From the IMG/VR virus record IMGVR_UViG_3300013101_002049, positions 1-64,000 of that record: a stretch of DNA of 64,000 nt; one strand, 5' to 3'. The notes under the pieces are model-generated. The model was given only the letters and a program-made list of their open reading frames with translations, ran no database searches and was not told where the DNA came from. This document shows positions 21,028 through 28,606 of the stretch, one piece after another (position 1 is the first letter of the stretch; the number at the start of each line of letters is the position of its first letter). The DNA comes from a virus. The position numbers and the translations under genes are program-made.

Positions 21028-21753
21028 ATGACGGACGTATATAAATATAGATTATATTGTGAAACAGAAGATTTGTGGGTAGAAACATGGGCTGAAAATA
21101 CCCCACAATATTGTCCTAATAATAATACTCATACTATAGTATCAGGGTCTATCACTATAATAGATAGTAAATTAGATGAAGGTCCTACAGTATTAGACGA
21201 TGGTCGTCCTATAGTTAGATCTGATAGCCGCCCATTAAATCATTATACTTATTTTACTATGGTTGGTGATTCTGAAACTGATATTGGTAATGGTAAAGTA
21301 ATGTTTTGGGATTTTTCTAATGACGATGATATTGTAACTACTAGTGGTGTAGTTCCAGATGGATATAAGATGAAAAGAATAATAATGAAATTCGTAGATC
21401 CTGTGTATATGAAAGAAGGTACTAATTATTTTTTCAGCGCTTTAAAAGGATCATATGTCACCTTTTCTATTGTATGTCCACAAGGGCAATACTATTTGAA
21501 CTATGATGGAACTCCCGCATACGCGTCCGATGACGTAGTGATAGTTAGATATGTGAATAAACATTATTTTAGTGGTGATTGTCCTATGGGTGATGAATTA
21601 AATACTGAAGGTTGTGCTGAAAACGCTATGCCTTCTAATTATGAATTATGGATTGAGGTATTTGTTCCAGAAAATGATAATTCAAGTTATGGTTATGGTG
21701 AATTAGAATTATATAGATTAAGAACTTGTTTGAGACCAGGAGATACAGTATAA
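21028..21753 (+). CDS. hypothetical virion-associated protein
   Basis: AGGAGG RBS; N-terminal YRLYC.TE...CPNN..H motif. Confidence 0.55.
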   Translation: MTDVYKYRLYCETEDLWVETWAENTPQYCPNNNTHTIVSGSITIIDSKLDEGPTVLDDGRPIVRSDSRPLNHYTYFTMVGDSETDIGNGKVMFWDFSNDDDIVTTSGVVPDGYKMKRIIMKFVDPVYMKEGTNYFFSALKGSYVTFSIVCPQGQYYLNYDGTPAYASDDVVIVRYVNKHYFSGDCPMGDELNTEGCAENAMPSNYELWIEVFVPENDNSSYGYGELELYRLRTCLRPGDTV

Positions 21754-22241
21754 TGACTTGGGTTGTAGCATATTTTGAAAGACAAGGAGAACCTGCTATT
21801 AATTTAAATCCAGTAATTAGAATACGATATGTGGAAACTGGTAGTATAGTAGCTGAAGATGTTATGGATGAAGTTGGCAGCGGTTTTTATAAATTTAATT
21901 TTCACAGTTATGATATGACTAAAGACTATACTATGTTAGCCGATGGTGGTATTAGTTTAATACAAAGAGATCGATTTCTTGAAGGTGCTACTGGTGAATA
22001 CGGAGATATTTCTAGTAATATTTATTTAATGTCTGATAATATTGGTTGTAGAATTTTGTTAATGAAAAAACTTTTTGAAAATAAATTAGAATTGGAGAAT
22101 GGAGATCAAGATAATTGGATATTATATGATGATGATGGTGTTACGCCATTATTAGTTTATGATGCAAGTGATGTAAATGGTGATGATATTTATCAAATCA
22201 CTGGAATGGTTTCAAAAAGGTCAAAAGCGAAGGAAGGATAA
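21753..22241 (+). CDS. paralog of the N-terminal domain of 11134-12957
   Basis: Shared GEPA..L.P, G.GFY...F, and N.LEL..GD.DNWILYDDD. Start at the TAATG overlap. Confidence 0.6.
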   Translation: MTWVVAYFERQGEPAINLNPVIRIRYVETGSIVAEDVMDEVGSGFYKFNFHSYDMTKDYTMLADGGISLIQRDRFLEGATGEYGDISSNIYLMSDNIGCRILLMKKLFENKLELENGDQDNWILYDDDGVTPLLVYDASDVNGDDIYQITGMVSKRSKAKEG

Positions 22242-22245
22242 TAAC

Positions 22246-22713
22246 TTGAGTAATATATCAGTATGGGGATGGGGAGCAACCACAATTTCTGTTTGGGGAT
22301 GGGGCACACCTCACCATGAATATATTCCAATAATTTTAGCAGCTTTTATAGAAAGCCATGCCTATACATGTGTTTTAACTAGGGATTATGTAGAAGTATT
22401 AGTTCGTGAAACCGGTGAAATTGCTTTAAGACTTCGTCCAGATCAAATTCCACAAAGAGGTTATGGTGAAGTATTAAGTAGAATGAGGGAGGGTGATTTA
22501 TTAGTTAGAGCCCGACCAGATCAGATTCCAGAAAGAGATTATATTGAAGTTGTAAAACGATTACGAGAGGGAGATGTTGTATTGAGGGTACGTCCAGATC
22601 AAATACCAGTCAGAGAACGCGGAGACATTATTAGTAGGGTTGTAGATGAAGTTACTGCAAGGAGCAAGGGCTGGCCTTGGCAGGAAGATCCGTGTTTGGA
22701 TGACGAGGAATAG
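22246..22713 (+). CDS. hypothetical protein with 26-aa RPDQIP tandem repeats
   Basis: Likely TTG start after AGGAAGGA; ISVWGWG twice; RPDQIP three times with a 78-nt period. Confidence 0.55.
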   Translation: MSNISVWGWGATTISVWGWGTPHHEYIPIILAAFIESHAYTCVLTRDYVEVLVRETGEIALRLRPDQIPQRGYGEVLSRMREGDLLVRARPDQIPERDYIEVVKRLREGDVVLRVRPDQIPVRERGDIISRVVDEVTARSKGWPWQEDPCLDDEE

Positions 22714-22724
22714 AGAGGAAGCTT

Positions 22725-23264
22725 ATGGCTAGAAATCGAAAAATAGGCTCAAAAGCCAAGAAACGATGGAAGCAATCTATGACAAGGCTCATAGATGGTT
22801 TAGGCCGTCGTATTATTATTTATTTGCCAGATAGACGGGCAGAATGTCCAAATTGTTATTATGATAAAGTACATGACAAGAGTTCTGGTGTGTGCAAGGC
22901 AAACCCCTCTAGCCCTAATTACTTTACCCATGGACGGTGCCCAGTTTGTAGTGGTAAAGGTGTGATAACTACTTCTCGTAGAAAATGTATACAAGGTATA
23001 GTTATTTGGAATCCTCAAGGTAATGCTACTAATAATTTAACTTTTAGTGAAGCCGGTATGGAAGGAGCAACGTCGGTAGAAATAAAAACTGATGTATGTT
23101 ATTTAGATTTAATTAAAATATCTAAATATGTCATAATTGACGGAATAAAGTGTAAATTATCTAACCCGCCTATAATTAGAGGAATAGGTGGTAAATCTGT
23201 TTTGATAGCTGCTTTTATCACTATGGATAAACCAAGGAGAGGTAGCGGTGAATACGTCAATTAA
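22725..23264 (+). CDS. putative head-closure/completion protein with a Zn finger
   Basis: CPNC...C...CPVC motif and position before the tail genes. Confidence 0.45.
   Translation: MARNRKIGSKAKKRWKQSMTRLIDGLGRRIIIYLPDRRAECPNCYYDKVHDKSSGVCKANPSSPNYFTHGRCPVCSGKGVITTSRRKCIQGIVIWNPQGNATNNLTFSEAGMEGATSVEIKTDVCYLDLIKISKYVIIDGIKCKLSNPPIIRGIGGKSVLIAAFITMDKPRRGSGEYVN
23161..23186 (+). promoter_or_regulatory. conserved promoter-like motif, copy 3 (CTAACCCGCCTATAATTAGAGGAATA)
   Basis: 24/26 identical to 394-419; about 60 bp upstream of the tail completion/tube cluster. Confidence 0.6.
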
Positions 23265-23811
23265 GGAAGGATTAATTAATCTTATAAAGGTAGATATTAA
23301 AAACGATATTATATCTCAGCTTATGGAAAGGTTTGATAACGAAATCGTAGTGTTAGAGGACGAAGAGGATCCTATGCGGCCATCTGTTTGTCGGGAGGAA
23401 TTTGAATCTTTTTTGGAAGAAACGATAAATGATAGTTTGGTAATTACTAAAGATCAAATAAAATTTGGTGTTGGTGATGAGCGTAAATTGGGATTCGATG
23501 AAGAATTAGATCCAGATACTACAGATTGTATAAAAATAATAGGTACTATTTTACAAGGAATCACTGGTGAGTATGTTTTGGTTACTACGGAAATGGCAAG
23601 GGAGATGTTTCCCAAAGAACGTTATAGTCGTTTAGGTCGAACTGGTCAAGCATATTTAATGTCTAGAGAAGAATATAATCAAGGTATTGAATTACGGGGA
23701 TGGCCTGAAAAACCTAATTGGAGGTTTTCTAATTTTCGTGGGATACCCGATTTCTTTGAGCAAATTCAGTTAGATATGAATAAATATAAAAAGAAATTAG
23801 GGGCTAGGTAA
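23248..23811 (+). CDS. putative neck/tail completion protein
   Basis: Called on position only; GTG start with a GAGG RBS. Confidence 0.4.
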   Translation: MNTSIKEGLINLIKVDIKNDIISQLMERFDNEIVVLEDEEDPMRPSVCREEFESFLEETINDSLVITKDQIKFGVGDERKLGFDEELDPDTTDCIKIIGTILQGITGEYVLVTTEMAREMFPKERYSRLGRTGQAYLMSREEYNQGIELRGWPEKPNWRFSNFRGIPDFFEQIQLDMNKYKKKLGAR

Positions 23812-24617
23812 TGAAAAGAGTACGCAAAGAAGACATTAGCTTACATCATTATATAAAAAATTACGTACTTTCTGATTTTGTGGAAACCGATACCACCACC
23901 TTATCTTATTTGGAAGACCAGTCATCTACGGGTTCATATGTGTATGAAGCTCAGTTTTCAGTGGTACCAAGCCCTGTAAGTTTAGGACGCGGTTGGAGAT
24001 ATTTAGATAATCCATCGGATTTAACTGAACAACAAAATGCTATCACCGTTTATGATGAATTTGGATCGGTAATTAGTGGTTCAAACTATCGTGTTGATTA
24101 TATTGATGGACGTATAATAATGCCTAATCAGAGCATAACCCCATCGAGTGTGATGTATAAATGGAATTATGTGGCCGTTGTGGATGAATGGTCTGCGGTT
24201 GAAAGCTCAGAAGTTCCCATAATAGTTATCGATATTTCAGGATTTATTAAAGAGGGTTTTCAATTAGGTGCTGGTAAAAGAGTTCCTAGACGTGTTAATT
24301 TAAACGTATTTGCAGTAGATACGGCTGAACGGGATGATATAATGGAAACGTTATATGACGGCTTGTATCTTAAAAGCTGCGCCAATCAGCAATTCTCTAA
24401 AGGAACTATGCTTGATTGGGACGGTACATTTAATAATGATTATGAATATTCTACAATCAGTGGTTCTAGCTCTTTGAAGTTTGAAGATGTAGAAGCAAGA
24501 TCAATTTTTGTACCTTTAATGACTATCCCAAACAGAGAAATGATGATGTTAAGTGATTTGAATAGATATAGAGGACGAGTTAGATGTGAAATGTTTCATT
24601 GGGACGAAGGGTGGTAG
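23811..24617 (+). CDS. putative tail terminator protein
   Basis: Immediately before the tail tube gene. P.IVID...GFQLG....R.V.LNVFA....ERDDI pattern resembles tail terminators. Confidence 0.5.
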   Translation: MKRVRKEDISLHHYIKNYVLSDFVETDTTTLSYLEDQSSTGSYVYEAQFSVVPSPVSLGRGWRYLDNPSDLTEQQNAITVYDEFGSVISGSNYRVDYIDGRIIMPNQSITPSSVMYKWNYVAVVDEWSAVESSEVPIIVIDISGFIKEGFQLGAGKRVPRRVNLNVFAVDTAERDDIMETLYDGLYLKSCANQQFSKGTMLDWDGTFNNDYEYSTISGSSSLKFEDVEARSIFVPLMTIPNREMMMLSDLNRYRGRVRCEMFHWDEGW

Positions 24618-24781
24618 CCTCACTACTCTTCAAAACCAAAGCTTTAATGCTTGGAAAAGGGTAAGGCGTTTAAACTATCAGATAATGCCTCTATCTGTAA
24701 GGTTTGAACAAGGATTGGATTAACAACACAATAAAACCAACCTCAATTGTGTTAGATTAACTTAAGGAGGAATATTAGATT

Positions 24782-26344
24782 ATGGCTAGAAAGAGAAATA
24801 GAATTATCTATGGTTCTCAGTCAGTATGGTGTAATGGTGAAATTCTTTATAGAGTGCAAACTCTTGGTAGCACCACTACTTTTACCTCTGAAGATATTTT
24901 CGAGCTAGGCCATTTGGACATCATTGATGTTGTCGATGACGTGCCTGCTGTTGCGGTCACTCTGAATACAAATGACTGGGGAGATGTAAAAACTATGGCG
25001 GTTCTGGCACAGGTTACAGCTGATAAACTTGCTATGGATGCTACGGCATCTGGAAGCAACGCTAACCTTATTGCTGGTGGATCCGATTATTTACATGGTG
25101 TTTCTCTAGCCGATTTCGCGGTAACTTGTGGTAATTTGACTGGTGTTTCTCTATGGGCTCCTATTCAAAATGAATGTGATCTTGGTACTTTGGCTGATAA
25201 CATTGACCAAACCCTTTATATGGATGAAGTTTATGTTAATAGTCTTGAGTTCAGTTATACAACTGGTGCAAATGCGACCGAGAATTATGGAGCTGAAACA
25301 GACCAGAAAATGTGGTTACTGAATGCTGGTAGGTTTGTAAACTGGGAAGAGTCTGTGTACACAACTTTTTCTGGTGGTAGTTTTACAGTGGGTAATGGAG
25401 TAACAATTCCAGTACTTTCTGATGGTTCTTTGGCATTCCTTAGAACTTCAGAAGATGGTGAAAGATCTGTAAGTTTTTATGATAGTAGCGAAAATGAAGT
25501 TATTAATTACGCAGTAGTTTCAGGAGTAGCCGCTGATGCATCTGATTTTGTGTACAATGAAGCTACAGATACTATGTATGTACCTACTGGATTAACTATT
25601 GGAGCTGGTGATAAAGTTTATGCACTATTTGGTGCTGATGGTTATACAGCTGCTATGGGTAACAAATATTTTGAAGCCTTAAGTGATGTGGATCGTCCGG
25701 CAACTGTTGGTGCGTTGAGACAGGGTCAGGTGGAAGTTTATGTTGTTTCAGACAGTGACGCTTCTTATGCAAATGCATGGAGATTAACTGGTGTGACAAT
25801 TACTTCAGACCTTACTCGTGAGCCTCTTGCTGAACTTGGTCACCTCGGTCCATATGATAGACCGTTGACATTACCTATTCCTATTACAGTAACTATCGAT
25901 ACCACTGCGGGTGATTTAGAGCATTGGGCACGCTTTGCTGATAAGTATGCGGATTATGCAGCTGGCGATCTTGATGATATCGACCTTGCGGATTTAACTG
26001 CTTCTGAAGATCTTAAACTTGTTGTTAAGGTTTATGCGCAAACCGATGAGGAAGCTGGTGGAACTGGTGCAAATAGAAAGATTGCCCAGGGATCAGATCT
26101 TATTGGTAAGTCATATTTTAACGACGGGGTAAAGGGTACTTATGCAGCTGCTGGTGAACAAGAGTACGCTCTTAAAACCATCACTGTTGAGCATATTAAG
26201 ATTACCGATGAAGCGTATACAATAGATATGGGAACTAATGCTACACAAACGTTTGGTTTCCGTTCTACTAATGATTTGTATGTGGTTAAGGGTGATGTAT
26301 CACTTAGCTTGGTTCAGAGTAGTATTCGAAGAAGCACCACATAA
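24782..26344 (+). CDS. major tail tube protein (with inserted accessory domain)
   Basis: RIIYGSQ...RVQT...EDIFELG N-terminus; AAGGAGG RBS; downstream hairpin; upstream of chaperones and the tape measure gene. Confidence 0.7.
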   Translation: MARKRNRIIYGSQSVWCNGEILYRVQTLGSTTTFTSEDIFELGHLDIIDVVDDVPAVAVTLNTNDWGDVKTMAVLAQVTADKLAMDATASGSNANLIAGGSDYLHGVSLADFAVTCGNLTGVSLWAPIQNECDLGTLADNIDQTLYMDEVYVNSLEFSYTTGANATENYGAETDQKMWLLNAGRFVNWEESVYTTFSGGSFTVGNGVTIPVLSDGSLAFLRTSEDGERSVSFYDSSENEVINYAVVSGVAADASDFVYNEATDTMYVPTGLTIGAGDKVYALFGADGYTAAMGNKYFEALSDVDRPATVGALRQGQVEVYVVSDSDASYANAWRLTGVTITSDLTREPLAELGHLGPYDRPLTLPIPITVTIDTTAGDLEHWARFADKYADYAAGDLDDIDLADLTASEDLKLVVKVYAQTDEEAGGTGANRKIAQGSDLIGKSYFNDGVKGTYAAAGEQEYALKTITVEHIKITDEAYTIDMGTNATQTFGFRSTNDLYVVKGDVSLSLVQSSIRRSTT

Positions 26345-26374
26345 TTTGTGAGTTTGTGTGAATTTATAGGATGT

Positions 26375-26406
26375 TGTGTGCGGGGGTTTCCTTACTCCCG
26401 CGCACA
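26375..26406 (+). terminator. stem-loop after the tail tube gene
   Basis: TGTGTGCGGGGGT/ACTCCCGCGCACA 13-bp stem with two G-U pairs; no U-tract. Confidence 0.65.
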
Positions 26407-26435
26407 CATAATTATGGAAAGGAGTAAAATTGATT

Positions 26436-26693
26436 ATGGGAAATGATAGAGTGGATAAGCACAAGGAAAAGATGAATCACATGGTTAAAGAGGAAGTAAC
26501 AAAAATGTTTGAAAAAATTTTGGATTATGCTGAAGTTGCTGTGCCAAACAGTGACCAATATAAAAAGCTCAGATCTAAAATTTTGAGAGTCGGAAATAAC
26601 TGTATAAGAAACATTCAAAAAGATGTTGACAGGCATTATGATGTTAAGTACAGGGCATCGGCTGAAACTATTGTTGAAGTAATACAAAAATAA
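26436..26693 (+). CDS. hypothetical protein
   Basis: AAGGAG RBS; short helical ORF. Confidence 0.55.
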   Translation: MGNDRVDKHKEKMNHMVKEEVTKMFEKILDYAEVAVPNSDQYKKLRSKILRVGNNCIRNIQKDVDRHYDVKYRASAETIVEVIQK

Positions 26694-26725
26694 GGTAAAG
26701 GTTAGATTGAAAAGGAGTATTTATT

Positions 26726-27499
26726 ATGGCAGATGAAAAAAAAGATAAGTCTATGGAAGAAAGAGAAGGTAGAAGAGTTTTTCAGGACCCTGAAAATGAA
26801 AAGGATTATTATATAGCGGCGCCTACTGCTGATGATATTCGAGGTGCTGATTGGCAATATAGTAAAACTTATACCAAGTCTTTGGTGGAAGGCATTACGA
26901 CTTCCGCTGAGATGATGGATATTTTGATGCGTCGAGGTGTTATTGGTCCAGAATTTGAACAGCGTCAAAGAGAATTGTCGGATAATTTAGCTGCTAAAGT
27001 TTTGGAACTTCAAACTACTGATAGTGTAGACGAAAAACAAATGTTGGCTATGGCAGTAGCTAATGCTCGAGAAGAGTTGTTTAATTGGAATCAAAGGCTT
27101 AATGGCCCAATGTCTAACACTTGTGAACAAATAGCAGATGATGCGCGATTAGAATATTTAACATCACGAATGGTTGAGCATGAAGATGGTTCTAAATTCT
27201 GGGAATCTTATGAAGATTTTCTTAAGGAACGAAGTCAGGCTTTGGCTGTTAGAGCACGATTTGAAGTTATGCTTTATTTGCAGGGGTTGGAATCTAATTT
27301 TATGGAACAAACCCCAGAAGCTGTAGCTATGAAGGAAGTTGAATCTGAATTGAAAAAGAAGGCTACCAAAGCTATTGAAGATTTGGCTAAAAAACAAGAA
27401 GAGGAAGATAAAAAGAAGTTAGAATCGAAGTCTAAAACAGATAAGCCTAAAAGAAAAAGAACCACTAAGAAGAAATCTACTAAAAAATCTTCGGAGTAA
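26726..27499 (+). CDS. putative tail assembly chaperone 1
   Basis: Helical protein between the tail tube and tape measure genes, with a Lys-rich tail. Confidence 0.5.
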   Translation: MADEKKDKSMEEREGRRVFQDPENEKDYYIAAPTADDIRGADWQYSKTYTKSLVEGITTSAEMMDILMRRGVIGPEFEQRQRELSDNLAAKVLELQTTDSVDEKQMLAMAVANAREELFNWNQRLNGPMSNTCEQIADDARLEYLTSRMVEHEDGSKFWESYEDFLKERSQALAVRARFEVMLYLQGLESNFMEQTPEAVAMKEVESELKKKATKAIEDLAKKQEEEDKKKLESKSKTDKPKRKRTTKKKSTKKSSE

Positions 27500-27501
27500 A
27501 A

Positions 27502-28512
27502 ATGCAATTAACTCATGAAGAGGTAGAGGAATATTTGGAGTTTATTTCTATAGGCTCCAAAATAATAGATATTGATAGTAAAGGTATTTTATTTAAATAC
27601 CCGAATATGTATTTAAGAATGCTCTCTAGACGTGTATATAAATCTGATTATAATATTGCCATCGAAGAAGGGTTGTTGACTTATGAACAGATGGCAGATG
27701 TAATTAAACAGCGAAATTTAATTGATGAATCTGAACGAAAGAAATTAACTAAATTAGAATCTCAGATAGAAGCTCAGAAAGTATTATTAGCTAAGACTAC
27801 TAGAGTTAAGGCTAATCAAAATCGTATAAAAGGTATTATAGCGGATTTAGAAAAACAAAAATCTAAGATTGAAGCAAAAGAAAGATCAAAATTCGCTATG
27901 ACTGCTGAAACGCGAGCTGAGGAAGCTAAGATTTTATTTTTATGTTATAGTAGTACTTTTGATGTTAATACTGATAAGTTATACTGGGATAGTTTAGAAG
28001 ATTTTAAAAATGAATCCGATTATATATTTCGACAGGCTGTTTTGTCAGAATTTATAAGTTTTTATACAGGTATCAGAACGCCTGTAATAAGGGCTATCGC
28101 TCGTAGTAATTTGTGGAGGATTAAATACATTACTAGTGTAAAAACCGGAGATTCGTTATTTAATGTACCTATTTCTGAATACACTGGTGATATGTTGAAT
28201 TTGGTGTATTGGTCTCATTATTATCAGAACTTAAACGAAATGATGCCCGAAGATCAACCACCAGATGATATTATTGAAGATGATGAGGCTTTGGACGCTT
28301 TTATGCAAGATTATCACAATGAAAGGTCCAAGGATATAGCGGAAAGGAAACATAGGAAAGGTAATAAAGGCACTCTGTCAGCTTTTAATCAAGAAGAGGT
28401 AATCGTAGCTCGAACTAATGAGTTGTTTGAAGACATTGAGTTTGATGAACCTAGAGAAGCGGCAGCAATTAAAAATAAGGCATTAGTTCAAAAGAAAACA
28501 CGCCGAAGATAA
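27502..28512 (+). CDS. putative tail assembly chaperone 2
   Basis: Directly before the tape measure gene; C-terminal P.DDIIEDDEALDAF motif. Confidence 0.5.
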   Translation: MQLTHEEVEEYLEFISIGSKIIDIDSKGILFKYPNMYLRMLSRRVYKSDYNIAIEEGLLTYEQMADVIKQRNLIDESERKKLTKLESQIEAQKVLLAKTTRVKANQNRIKGIIADLEKQKSKIEAKERSKFAMTAETRAEEAKILFLCYSSTFDVNTDKLYWDSLEDFKNESDYIFRQAVLSEFISFYTGIRTPVIRAIARSNLWRIKYITSVKTGDSLFNVPISEYTGDMLNLVYWSHYYQNLNEMMPEDQPPDDIIEDDEALDAFMQDYHNERSKDIAERKHRKGNKGTLSAFNQEEVIVARTNELFEDIEFDEPREAAAIKNKALVQKKTRRR

Positions 28513-28606
28513 CCTACATAATACAGGCTCAGATAGGTAGGGAAATTTTTAGTTTTAGTGATTAGGGCATATACAAATACATAATTGTATATAGGGGGAA
28601 TGAGCC

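Noticed and set aside
24708-24718. CsrA-like ACAAGGAT site in the tail tube leader
   Set aside because: Too short, and similar to SD-like purine runs that are common throughout the window.
27479-27504. Programmed -1 frameshift joining the two tail chaperone genes (T AAA AAA)
   Set aside because: The downstream ORF is in the -1 frame, but the site is not a canonical X XXY YYZ heptamer. The -1 frame has a stop at 27481-27483, and the second ORF has its own GGAG RBS and ATG.
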